A program made the position numbers and the translations under genes. Positions 1-8,832 of a stretch of 64,000 nt of DNA are shown here, in pieces. Source of the DNA: a virus. The stretch lies in IMG/VR virus record IMGVR_UViG_3300037313_000284, positions 76,865 to 140,864 of that record; one strand, given 5' to 3'. Within the stretch, counting starts at the first letter, position 1. The number at the start of each line of letters is the position of its first letter. The notes beneath the pieces are model-generated. The model had not been told where the DNA came from. It was given only the letters and a program-made list of their open reading frames with translations, and made no database searches.

Positions 1-122
1 TCTTTGTAGAGTTTATTAAGCTTGCCGGGGTTCTTAGCGCGATCCTTGAACGCCGTGACCATTTTCTTCTGGACCTTTGCCATCTTGGATCGCAAAGTGG
101 TCTTGCTAGGAGCCTTAGCCAT
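1..122 (-). CDS. Lys-rich basic protein, N-terminal part (runs off the window edge)
   Basis: ATG at 122 after GAGGAAT; reads MAKAPSKTTLRSKMAKVQKKMVTAFKDRAKNPGKLNKLYK, open to position 1. Confidence 0.7.
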   Translation of the reverse strand, partial: MAKAPSKTTLRSKMAKVQKKMVTAFKDRAKNPGKLNKLYK

Positions 123-124
123 TA

Positions 125-868
125 TTAATTCCTCAAGCTCTGGCGGGCCTTCTCGCTTGCCGCGTCGAGGCTTTCTTGGCCGTATTGTCCAACGGAGTTT
201 AATAGGTTCGACATGCCGTCGTTCAAAGTACGCTTCAAACCTTCCAGCGAATTGCCGCTGTTGACTTTAGAACGAAGCGTGGAAATCTCGTTGATCAGGA
301 AGTTAATGAGCGCCAAGTACAACGGTGCAACCGCGTCGTTTACAACTCGATCCGCTAGAGCGTCAGTCGAAGACATGGCTCGCAGATCGTTCATTAACTC
401 GCGTGCAAGGTTTACCTGATTGGAGAACGCATACGCCGCGCGCTCTGCCTTGCTTGTATTAGCGGTGTTTTCGTAGCCAGGAAGCAGCCGGATAACCGCA
501 GCCAACGCTTCCCGCGTGACAATCTCTTGCGTCGCGGGCGAGTTATAAGGTTGCAGCTTATCGCTAATGCGTTTGGAGACCTTACGCATCTGTTTTTCGA
601 AGGCGGTATTAGCCTCTTCGAAACCGTCGTCATCATCGTCTTCATCGCCGCCTACCCGGCGGACACCAAGTTCAACCGCCTCTTCCCGCAAACGGTTGAT
701 CTTCTTTTTAGTAACCTTGGTAGGACCGACGCTAGCCGGATGATCTTCGTCCCAAGGGAGATCGTCATCCGCACTAACGTCGGCCACTTTAACCTTAGTC
801 TTCGTCTTGGTCGGCACGCTCTTCTTCGCTTTGAGCTTTGCCTTCAATTTGCCGAGCTTAACAGCCAT
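125..868 (-). CDS. hypothetical protein (basic N-terminus, acidic tract, helical C-terminus)
   Basis: 247-aa ORF, AAGGAC RBS, tight packing. Confidence 0.8.
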   Translation of the reverse strand: MAVKLGKLKAKLKAKKSVPTKTKTKVKVADVSADDDLPWDEDHPASVGPTKVTKKKINRLREEAVELGVRRVGGDEDDDDDGFEEANTAFEKQMRKVSKRISDKLQPYNSPATQEIVTREALAAVIRLLPGYENTANTSKAERAAYAFSNQVNLARELMNDLRAMSSTDALADRVVNDAVAPLYLALINFLINEISTLRSKVNSGNSLEGLKRTLNDGMSNLLNSVGQYGQESLDAASEKARQSLRN

Positions 869-883
869 AGCCCGTCCTTTGAG

Positions 884-1372
884 TTAACGTAGATAGCGGT
901 ATTGCAAGAACAACGCTGCAATCGATAGCAGCACCCCGGCGAGCGATCCGAGAATTAATGACCGACGGTCGCGACGCCACTCTTGATCGTACGTGCTAGG
1001 GCCGGAAATGTGTAAGACACCTCCGATGATAGCCATGTACGCGAGCAGGGTAACGACCGGCGAGTTAACAACCGAAGCAGAATCACCGGTGATATTGATA
1101 TACAGGTTGGCGAACCGCGAGCCTAACAAAGACGCCCACATGAGGAACATGCCGGTGACTAGTTGACTAACGCGGTCGAATTTGTGGTCTTTGGACGCAC
1201 GAATCATCAGCGGCGTGTACACAATAGTAACTGTGCCCACGATACCGATGCAAACGGCGTTCATGATAGGCAGTAGAGTCTTGTTAGGTACTACTAACGC
1301 GAGCAGGCCAAATAAGCAGGCCGCCGCCACGCTAAATAGCGCCAACTTAGGAAGATTTGGGAGAGGGCGCAT
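884..1372 (-). CDS. multi-pass membrane protein, possibly lysis-associated
   Basis: 4-5 hydrophobic segments; near holin-like gene. Confidence 0.7.
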   Translation of the reverse strand: MRPLPNLPKLALFSVAAACLFGLLALVVPNKTLLPIMNAVCIGIVGTVTIVYTPLMIRASKDHKFDRVSQLVTGMFLMWASLLGSRFANLYINITGDSASVVNSPVVTLLAYMAIIGGVLHISGPSTYDQEWRRDRRSLILGSLAGVLLSIAALFLQYRYLR

Positions 1373-1386
1373 CTACGTGTAAACCT

Positions 1387-1581
1387 CTATGGAATCGAGC
1401 CCTTAAGGGCCAATAGTTCTCGTATAGTGTCTTCGAGACGCTGTGATGCGCTAGCATTAGCAGCGTAACATTTATTAAAATCTTCTACGTACTGTTTGTT
1501 TGTGGGTTCAATGTGTTGCTGGATAGCGCTGGAAACATCAGAAGTCCTGCGCGATCTAGGCCGGAAATCTAGAAGTGACAT
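1387..1581 (-). CDS. small hypothetical protein
   Basis: Likely start MSLLDF directly after the holin-like stop. Confidence 0.55.
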   Translation of the reverse strand: MSLLDFRPRSRRTSDVSSAIQQHIEPTNKQYVEDFNKCYAANASASQRLEDTIRELLALKGSIP

Positions 1582-1582
1582 A

Positions 1583-1861
1583 TCAGCGCCTTGCCATGGT
1601 CGATAAGCTAATAAGTTGAGCAAGATTGTCCAGACCGCGCGTGTTAGCCGCTACGGTCGCGAGACTTTCTCTGCCTTCTATAATACGCTTCTCTTGAATT
1701 TCCATTAACGAAGTACGGAGTTCCTTGTTCTCCGTCTGCGTGGTCTTCCGGTCGCGTATTAATAACACAATGATACCGAGTTGGCCGAGGACGACGAGGC
1801 CAGCCCAACCTTGGGCTATAAGCCATTCAACAATTTTCAGTATTGCGTCTTCCAAGGCCAA
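1583..1861 (-). CDS. holin-like protein (single TM plus coiled coil)
   Basis: TTG start after GGTAGGAGAG; one TM helix then a charged coiled coil. Confidence 0.5.
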   Translation of the reverse strand: MALEDAILKIVEWLIAQGWAGLVVLGQLGIIVLLIRDRKTTQTENKELRTSLMEIQEKRIIEGRESLATVAANTRGLDNLAQLISLSTMARR

Positions 1862-1889
1862 CTCTCCTACCTTGTGTTACTAGCCGATG

Positions 1890-2699
1890 CTATTCCATTA
1901 CCAAGGCGTCGTACATCATTCCGAGGACGGTAAGGATTTTACTATCCGAAGCACCCTCATCCAGTTGCACTTGCCGCAGCGGCTTTCCGTACGTGTCGTA
2001 CTTACTATCCTTAGAAAGGAGGATTAAGTACGAACCCTCTTCACGGCGGATCAGGTAGACTTGCCTATCAGGAAACCCGTCAGGGGTACCCCGTTTGGCC
2101 CAAGCGGCGTCACCCGACTTAGGTTGACTAACAGGAACGAATCCCATTTCGGTCAACGAACGCATGACCTTCCCAGGCAATGCTGCTTCCGAACCAATAG
2201 TAGCCGATGTTTCAATCGACTTTTTATTAGCTGGCGATTTCTCCGCGATCTTCTCACCCAAGGCACGCCACATCGAGAGGAACTTCTCACGATCTTTGTG
2301 CCATGGGTTTACTAAATCACGCATATCACCCATGAACGACTTGTAGAAGGCGCTCATGCGTTTGTCCTTAGCCAATTCCTTGCGACGCTTTTGCGTTTTA
2401 ATGATATTGGCTATCTCGTCGTCACCATCGTCTTCTTCTTCGTCCTCATCACTGAGGCCGCCTAACAGGTCTTCTAGTAATTCGAAGATACCTGTTAGGG
2501 CCAAGACTCGGTCGTTACGGCTCATTTCCGGGTGATCGGCCGCATCCATTTCCTCGTCGTCGTCTTCCAACGAGTTATAATACGCAGACACGAATGCGAA
2601 GAGAGTCTTCTGCGCCACCGGATCGGTTAAGAACCGGTGTAACGCTTCGACTTCTACTTGCCCGTCTTGTTCATCGTCATCGTAAGCGCCACGTGCCAT
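1890..2699 (-). CDS. hypothetical acidic protein
   Basis: 269-aa ORF with CAGGTG RBS. Confidence 0.8.
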   Translation of the reverse strand: MARGAYDDDEQDGQVEVEALHRFLTDPVAQKTLFAFVSAYYNSLEDDDEEMDAADHPEMSRNDRVLALTGIFELLEDLLGGLSDEDEEEDDGDDEIANIIKTQKRRKELAKDKRMSAFYKSFMGDMRDLVNPWHKDREKFLSMWRALGEKIAEKSPANKKSIETSATIGSEAALPGKVMRSLTEMGFVPVSQPKSGDAAWAKRGTPDGFPDRQVYLIRREEGSYLILLSKDSKYDTYGKPLRQVQLDEGASDSKILTVLGMMYDALVME

Positions 2700-2733
2700 G
2701 TTTCACCTGTGTTAATAACTGCAACAGGTGCTA

Positions 2734-3501
2734 CTAAGCGATCAGGGCGCGTTTACGCATCATCTGTTCAAGTTGCGCGAAGAAAGCGGGTTGCGAAGCA
2801 TACAGCTTACGGAAGTAAGCAATCATGCCTTGCGCGTCACGCTTATCAAGCGCGGCGGTTTCCTTAGCTTCGTCGCTTTCGCCTTCGGCGACGAAGTGCG
2901 AGTGCGCCACGACGGCGGAGTGCGAACAAGGAACTAACTTGCCGGTCTTAACCGACAGGATATTAAGTTGACCGTTGTCGTCGTAGGACACGACGCCCGA
3001 GTCAGCCGTGGCCGTTTCCGGGTTAGTGAACAGAGCGAATTCGCCTTGATCCACCGTGCCGATACCAGCGTCAAAGAAGTTAGCAGCGATACGGCCAACC
3101 GATTGACGGGCCGCAGCCGCGAGCAACGCCGAGATATCCGTATCCGATTGCTTAACCAGACGACGAACGCCGGGTTGAGCCTCGACAACCTTCCACGTCG
3201 CGTCTTCATCATCCGCGAACACGTTGGCTTCAATAACTTCACGCATCTGCGAAGCATCTTCGTACGGACGGCTTTCAGTAACCGGACGCACGTGGAAAGC
3301 CACAGCGCGAGCTTGTTCGATTTGGGTCACGTTGCGAACCGTACCCGGCACGACTTCGATCTTACCTTCGAACTTGTCGCGAATCTTGTTCGCGTAGTCT
3401 TGCGCGGTTTCCACCTTGGACGTTTCCGCAACCACGGAGGCCACGTTTCCGCCAATCATTTCGAAGGTCTGAATGTTAGCAACAACAATCTTGTTAGACA
3501 T
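2734..3501 (-). CDS. putative virion structural protein
   Basis: 255 aa, AAGGA RBS, high-expression codon style, late cluster. Confidence 0.6.
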   Translation of the reverse strand: MSNKIVVANIQTFEMIGGNVASVVAETSKVETAQDYANKIRDKFEGKIEVVPGTVRNVTQIEQARAVAFHVRPVTESRPYEDASQMREVIEANVFADDEDATWKVVEAQPGVRRLVKQSDTDISALLAAAARQSVGRIAANFFDAGIGTVDQGEFALFTNPETATADSGVVSYDDNGQLNILSVKTGKLVPCSHSAVVAHSHFVAEGESDEAKETAALDKRDAQGMIAYFRKLYASQPAFFAQLEQMMRKRALIA

Positions 3502-3545
3502 TTGTATTAATCCTTAGAAGGTTCAGGTCCTATCGACCGCTAGCT

Positions 3546-4661
3546 CTATAAACTGACGCCGTTATCAAGTAAGCCGCCCAAGTTGCCGCGAGCTAGCATG
3601 AAGGCGGATGGCCGAATGTACGATCTACCATTATGAGCAAAGTTATTGTTCTGCCCACCGTAGCTAACCGTAACATGCAGATGGCCGATGGAAGAGCGAG
3701 AAAGCATCCCGCCTTTGATGCTGGTTAAGTTACTATCTAACCAGTTGCCTAGTTCATCCATTTTGGTTTGGATGAATTGTGTCCTATCCACATTAACTTG
3801 GATCGATCCACCTTGGAAATCGAAGGTGCTAAGACCTTCGGCCAAGTAGAGGCGATTAAGCATTTCGTGGAGTGCTGCAACTCTAAGCGCATGCGTTAGG
3901 GGTTGCGGCATGGTGTCGGGGCTAAAGCTAGTCTGTTGAGGCGGATGGATATTAACCCGATCCATGCCTCGGTATAAGCAATCGATTAACTCCGTCTCGT
4001 GGAAACTGAAATGCCCTAACCAACGCGTCATCTGCGATTGGTCGATGAACATTTTGAAGCTCGACAGCATGCTAGCCGTCTTCGTGGAGATAACAAACGC
4101 TTGGCGGTACTCGTGTTGCGGTACGCCACCGATTAGGTAACGCCAGTGCGCCACGTATTCGCCAACGCCAATAACTGGAACCTGCCATTCCACAGTAGCA
4201 CGAATGCTACCGGGGCTTTCAGGAGTTTGCGTCGAAACGCTATCCGTTACTGCGTTGGTAGACGCGATCTGCACGGTACCTGCTAGAGTTAGTACCTCGC
4301 ACTGAATGTCAGTAGCGCCTAACGGCAGGTAGATTTCATCCATTAACGAGACGTTGACCACGCCAAAACCCGCAGGGGCAGGACGTTGTACACCTTCGTC
4401 ATAGGACACGACTTGGAAGTCTTGTTCCGCCGTACCGTTAGAGTGCGTCCAAATCAGCTTGTAATAACCCGAAGTCGGGGTGCAAATCGGAGCAACTGCG
4501 GGAATGCTAAGAGTAGCACGCCACGTGTTGGCATCGATCTTCACCGCCGCTGTAATCGGGATACTAAGTCCGTTGAAGTCTTTAGCTACGACCGTGACCG
4601 CATCTTCCGCAGGATCAAAATCGCGCTCGACTACCGTGTTACTGCCGGGGTAGAGGATCAT
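3546..4661 (-). CDS. putative neck / head-tail adaptor protein
   Basis: Beta-rich N-half; C-half ELIDCLYRGMDRVN...FDFQGGSIQVNVDRTQ resembles large-phage neck proteins. Confidence 0.5.
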   Translation of the reverse strand: MILYPGSNTVVERDFDPAEDAVTVVAKDFNGLSIPITAAVKIDANTWRATLSIPAVAPICTPTSGYYKLIWTHSNGTAEQDFQVVSYDEGVQRPAPAGFGVVNVSLMDEIYLPLGATDIQCEVLTLAGTVQIASTNAVTDSVSTQTPESPGSIRATVEWQVPVIGVGEYVAHWRYLIGGVPQHEYRQAFVISTKTASMLSSFKMFIDQSQMTRWLGHFSFHETELIDCLYRGMDRVNIHPPQQTSFSPDTMPQPLTHALRVAALHEMLNRLYLAEGLSTFDFQGGSIQVNVDRTQFIQTKMDELGNWLDSNLTSIKGGMLSRSSIGHLHVTVSYGGQNNNFAHNGRSYIRPSAFMLARGNLGGLLDNGVSL

Positions 4662-5020
4662 ACGACGCCTCCATTAGTAATGAACCCATGCCATAAACCA
4701 CCGGCGCTTCCGTCAATAGAGGGCGTAACTGTTAACGTAGCAAAATCTAGTGCGCCGTGGACCGTCCAAGCGCACTCCACTTTGCAACCTTGCACGTGAC
4801 TGGTTTCTACCCCAGCCGCTCTTACTAATCCCATTTGACTATGCGGGCAATCCCAACGATCTTGGGTATAGCATTCGGGTTCCCGACATACTAAAAACTT
4901 GCGACCAGCTTCAAAGAAACAAGTCTGCCACCAATCAGGTTTAGTAGGGCTACGAAAAACAAAGCCAACTTTGCGTCCGTCTTCGATTAGCCACCTTGGG
5001 TCTAAATCGAGCAACCGCAT
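4658..5020 (-). CDS. DUF6527-like Cys/His protein
   Basis: Start MRLLDLDPRW; C-terminal W..TVTPSI...WHGFITNG motif. Confidence 0.6.
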   Translation of the reverse strand: MRLLDLDPRWLIEDGRKVGFVFRSPTKPDWWQTCFFEAGRKFLVCREPECYTQDRWDCPHSQMGLVRAAGVETSHVQGCKVECAWTVHGALDFATLTVTPSIDGSAGGLWHGFITNGGVV

Positions 5021-5021
5021 G

Positions 5022-6137
5022 TTACCACTTGCCTTCGAGAGCGAGGCTAACCTTAGAACCCAGCATGGCATTCGAAGGGAAGGTGACTTCGTAATAACCA
5101 GCCTTATTAAAGCGCACGCCACCGCCTAAGTCATCCGCCGAGTTGTTTTGGATGATTTGCAGAATGTAACGCGCCATGGTGGCTTTATTAATCACTTGCG
5201 GATTACACCGCAGCACGAGTTCGCCTTGCTCGCCAATCGACATTGAGTCAATCGCGCCTTGGAGAATCTGCGCTTGTGTTTGGAAGTCGAACTTCTCGCT
5301 ACCTTGCTTAGCCGGGCGACCAAGGAAAGTATTATAACGATTGGTCTTATCACCAAAGGTCTGAGCAACGTGCGGGGCCGTGCTATCGTTACGAACCGCA
5401 ACGCTCTTGCTAACGACGCTTGAGAAATAATCGATCAGCGCGGCGTCAGTCTGCTTAGTCCAGTGTCCGAGGTTACGACGCTTGCCGAGTTGAATGCTCG
5501 TACCAGCCGCATCGTGATAACTCGTATCCCAAACCGGGGGCAGGCGATCTTCCCACACGGACACTACAACTTCACCGCCGGTATCCAGCACCGTCTTAGC
5601 GCTAGACTTACATTCGACCGAGACGATGATGCTAAGCGTCATTTGCGCGAGACGATAGCTAATAACGTAGAGCGTTTGTTGTGCGCTCATTGCGAACTGC
5701 GTTTGGGTGGGTTCATCCTCTAGCAGTCCGTCGCGTTGCAGCGCCGTGGTGATCTTGAAGAAAGCGTTAGCCGGGTTATAAGTCGCCGAGCTAATCGGAT
5801 CACCCGGATTAACCGGAGCGCAGAGTTCTAACAGCCGGTTAGCCGTTTCAAGAATGCTGTCACGGATATTAAGCACCGACGCGCGACTGCGCGATGCGAT
5901 GTTCTCCGCCACCAAATGCGAATGCGCGACAACGGTATCGTGCAATTGATTAGTGGTTTGCAAGCAGGCGCTAAGTTTGTCGAAGATTACCTTCTCCGAC
6001 GTGACCGTAAGAGCGCGGCGATTCTTTCGCGCGCCTTGATTAATAACCGCATCAGCGCTAGCGATAGCGATTCGGGCGTCCGCTTCGGCAGCCCGAATAC
6101 TACGAGTGACCGAGTCGAAAGTCTGTTTCGAGGACAT
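5022..6137 (-). CDS. hypothetical protein, probably structural
   Basis: Long ORF, likely start MSSKQ; late motif upstream at 6201-6211. Confidence 0.75.
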   Translation of the reverse strand: MSSKQTFDSVTRSIRAAEADARIAIASADAVINQGARKNRRALTVTSEKVIFDKLSACLQTTNQLHDTVVAHSHLVAENIASRSRASVLNIRDSILETANRLLELCAPVNPGDPISSATYNPANAFFKITTALQRDGLLEDEPTQTQFAMSAQQTLYVISYRLAQMTLSIIVSVECKSSAKTVLDTGGEVVVSVWEDRLPPVWDTSYHDAAGTSIQLGKRRNLGHWTKQTDAALIDYFSSVVSKSVAVRNDSTAPHVAQTFGDKTNRYNTFLGRPAKQGSEKFDFQTQAQILQGAIDSMSIGEQGELVLRCNPQVINKATMARYILQIIQNNSADDLGGGVRFNKAGYYEVTFPSNAMLGSKVSLALEGKW

Positions 6138-6237
6138 TATTCTACAATCCCTATAGTGGCGCAAATAACGCCACCTAGTCCAACGGTGGCCGCGTATTCC
6201 CTAATAAATTACTGAAAATAGACATAGCTAATAAACG

Positions 6238-6267
6238 AAAATACCCTCACGTGTTAGGTGAGGGTAT
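6238..6267 (-). terminator. intrinsic terminator
   Basis: ATACCCTCAC/GTGAGGGTAT stem followed by U-tract on minus strand. Confidence 0.7.
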
Positions 6268-6274
6268 AGGATAT

Positions 6275-6500
6275 AAAACAAAAACGCCACCCTTCAGCGA
6301 GAAAGGGTGGCGTCTTCGGAGGGTCTAACCGGCAATTGCTTGGGAGAGAACGCGTACTGTGCGGGGGTTAGTACGCGGGGCGACTGTCCTAGCGATTGCC
6401 ACCCTCTATGGCAACAAGAGTTAGTATGGGCTAGTCCACTTAAGCAGTGAACACACTAGCAAGGCTGTAACTAGCGTTGCGTGTCATCTAACTCGCCATT
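6275..6500 (-). ncRNA. candidate structured non-coding RNA (~230 nt)
   Basis: Late motif at 6506-6517 upstream; nested stems AUGGC-GAGUUAG/CUAACUC-GCCAU, GCUAGU/ACUAGC, GAGGGU/ACCCUC, GGCAAUCGCU/AGCAAUUGCC, CGCGUACU/AGUACGCG; ends in terminator ACGCCACCCUU/AAGGGUGGCGU-UUUU; no convincing ORF. Confidence 0.65.
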
Positions 6501-6554
6501 ACCAACTAATAAATTAGTGGTTTAATGACACCTAACTCTTGGCCGTATTATTTA

Positions 6555-6662
6555 TCATACTCGACGTATAGTTCGTTTTCGTAGTCGGCGACGATCATTA
6601 GAATTTTTAGCTCGCCGTTCCGCGCGATTACGGGGACCGGGATCAATGATTGAATTCGCCAT
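6555..6662 (-). CDS. 35-aa Arg-rich protamine-like peptide (not in ORF track)
   Basis: MANSIIDPGPRNRAERRAKNSNDRRRLRKRTIRRV with GGAG RBS. Confidence 0.55.
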   Translation of the reverse strand: MANSIIDPGPRNRAERRAKNSNDRRRLRKRTIRRV

Positions 6663-6702
6663 GACTAGCACTCCGCTAGTGGAGGAAAGGGAGCAGACAT
6701 AG

Positions 6703-6762
6703 AAAAAGGGCCATCACGAAGTTACAAGACGCTAACGCAATCCTGAGTCCGTGATGGCCCTT
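6703..6762 (-). terminator. long-stem terminator downstream of histone-like gene
   Basis: AAGGGCCATCACG/CGTGATGGCCCTT stem followed by U-tract on minus strand. Confidence 0.6.
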
Positions 6763-6865
6763 CTGTAACACATAGAAATTAGTCAGGTCGTCAGTCTAAA
6801 CTTAAGCCTGAGCCTTAATGCGGTCCCCCTACGGTGAACCTACAGTCTTAGACCTGACTTATTAA

Positions 6866-7429
6866 CTACATCGACTTGCGCTTACCAGCCTTTTTGGCGG
6901 GCTTCGCAGCTTTCTTGGCAGCCTTAGGAGCGGCCTTTTTAGCAGCAGGCTTAGCAGCCTTCTTAACCGAAGCCTTCTTTGCAGCGGGCTTCGCGGCGGC
7001 CTTCTTAGCCGGACGGCCAGCCTTCTTAGCGGCGGGCTTAGCAACGGCCTTCTTAGCAGCCTTGGGGGCGGCCTTCGCAGGTTTAGTAGCCTTCTTAGCC
7101 GGAGCCTTAGCAGCGGCCTTCTTCGACTTAGCGACCGACTTCTTCACGTTGCCGCGAATCGTCTTCCACTTAGCAAACGTGGTCGTTTGCATGCCCTTAC
7201 CACCGGACGGACCGGGCTTCTTAGCCGGGCGACCTTGCTTGGTCTTACCGGTCTTATAACGGAGCAGCGCGGCCTTACGAATCTTGGCCTTGTGCTCGGC
7301 CGACATAGTGCGGCCCTTGGTCGACTTAGCAGCGGCGCGCTTACCAGCGGCAACAGCCTTCATGTCCTTCTTACGGGCTTTGCCCGTCTTCGGATCGATC
7401 TTCTCGTTCTTACCGAGTTTGCGAGCCAT
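6866..7429 (-). CDS. histone H1-like (Hc2/AlgP-like) DNA-condensing protein
   Basis: Lys/Ala/Pro repeats AAKKAAKPA; CAGGAG RBS. Confidence 0.8.
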   Translation of the reverse strand: MARKLGKNEKIDPKTGKARKKDMKAVAAGKRAAAKSTKGRTMSAEHKAKIRKAALLRYKTGKTKQGRPAKKPGPSGGKGMQTTTFAKWKTIRGNVKKSVAKSKKAAAKAPAKKATKPAKAAPKAAKKAVAKPAAKKAGRPAKKAAAKPAAKKASVKKAAKPAAKKAAPKAAKKAAKPAKKAGKRKSM

Positions 7430-7562
7430 AGCTCTTCTCCTGATAGGTGGTACTCAATTAGTATAAACCTTCGAAGCGTACTAAGTGCTACCACCTATGC
7501 GGAGGGTCAGTGATAACTTGCTTCGAATGACGCTAATAAATTAGTAATATCGCGTAAGTTAT

Positions 7563-8207
7563 TTAGGCAGCCCACGTACCTTCAAGAGTCACGTCGAAAG
7601 TTTCGGCATTAGCCGGAACATAAGCGCCATTAACTTCGGCGATAGCATAGAAGTTATACGTGTCCGACGGGCTAAACGTAATAGCGCTACCAACAGCCGG
7701 AACGCCAGTACCCACCGCGTAAGCAGTGCCGCCGAAGAAAGCCGTTTGCGCGATATCAATACGACCAACAAGACCGGTAACCGAAGCCACGCCTAAGATA
7801 CCAGCCGATTGTAATGCTGCGTTGTCCGCAACGCTTAGCACCGGCAGAGTATCAAACAGGTAGAGACGGAAAGCCGCGTTAGTAACGCTAGCCGCGCTCT
7901 TACGAATACGAGCGCGTTCAATACGCAGACCGCGACCGGGAGCCGGATTAACAAACGAAAAGAAACCGCCAGCCGCAGAGGCCAAGGCGTCGCCTGCCGC
8001 GTACGCATTGGTATCAGTCGGACGCGTAAGCACATTCGATTTAATAGCAAACGCACTATCCGTGAACTGCGTAACGGTAATCGAGCCGTTGGCGATAAAA
8101 CCCTTCACTTCGCCGGGCAGCACAGTGAACGTTGCAGCTTCCGAAGCGGCAAGGATAGCATTGCCGAGACGAATGTCGGAATTGGTCCTGTTGGTAACTA
8201 GATACAT
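7563..8207 (-). CDS. putative virion structural protein
   Basis: Ala/Gly/Thr-rich beta protein with TRPTDTNAYAAGD; late motif upstream. Confidence 0.6.
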   Translation of the reverse strand: MYLVTNRTNSDIRLGNAILAASEAATFTVLPGEVKGFIANGSITVTQFTDSAFAIKSNVLTRPTDTNAYAAGDALASAAGGFFSFVNPAPGRGLRIERARIRKSAASVTNAAFRLYLFDTLPVLSVADNAALQSAGILGVASVTGLVGRIDIAQTAFFGGTAYAVGTGVPAVGSAITFSPSDTYNFYAIAEVNGAYVPANAETFDVTLEGTWAA

Positions 8208-8334
8208 TGGAATGATCCTATCTATGGGCGTTAGTATTATTAAATTATCTATTTACGATTGCAGCGAGGGTATTCTTTTAGCGGTACCGGCGGCCGCTTA
8301 AAATCTTCACTAATAATTATTGCCGAATTATTTA

Positions 8335-8832
8335 TTATTTCTTTTTACGCTTAACTTGCTTGCCAGTTTTAACATCTACTTTGATCGCGCGGGCCATACC
8401 GACTTTCGGCCGGTAGAAATGATGCTTCCCTTCAGTTCGATCAAACACAAATCTTCCGCCTTGAATACTAGGCTTAGGCTTTTTAACACCAGCAGATTTG
8501 GCGGTACTGAACTTAGCTTTAGCGTTAGATTTCTTTTTAGCAGCGTGATAAGCTTTCAAGCCTTCGCTAATAGCTTTACGGTGTGCAGCAGTCTTGACAC
8601 TGCGTCCGTCTGGATTAGCTTTCGGTCCTCGTTTGAATCGCTTCTCGTCTACCTTTGGCGCGGGCTTTGTTCCACGTTTAAACTTAGTAACAGGTTTAGG
8701 GGTTTTGAGCGGCTTCTTTTTCTTAGCAATGCGTCCTGGGCCACCAACTCTTTCAATGTTGCCGTTAGAACGCTTAATGATTTTTTCTTTCTTCCCCGTC
8801 CTGGGGTTAACTTTCGTAGTGACCTTAGCCAT
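8335..8832 (-). CDS. Lys-rich basic DNA-binding protein
   Basis: Very basic; AAHRKAISEGLK helix echoes AEHKAKIRKA in 6866-7429. Confidence 0.75.
   Translation of the reverse strand: MAKVTTKVNPRTGKKEKIIKRSNGNIERVGGPGRIAKKKKPLKTPKPVTKFKRGTKPAPKVDEKRFKRGPKANPDGRSVKTAAHRKAISEGLKAYHAAKKKSNAKAKFSTAKSAGVKKPKPSIQGGRFVFDRTEGKHHFYRPKVGMARAIKVDVKTGKQVKRKKK

Noticed and set aside
6275-6500. tmRNA
   Set aside because: No tRNA-like acceptor or T-arm with CCA; the 15-codon frame does not look like a canonical tag.
6781-6860. Hammerhead ribozyme or tRNA in the multibranch element
   Set aside because: No CUGANGA/GAAA core, T-loop or CCA end.
6862-7130. Repeated CTTCTTAGC units as a CRISPR or DNA repeat array
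   Set aside because: Explained by Ala-Lys-Lys codons; no constant repeat-spacer period.
6876-7259. Antisense Ala/Phe/Leu-rich ORFs (also 28803-29321, 51258-52217, 59581-59979)
   Set aside because: Shadows of low-complexity genes on the other strand; no RBS.
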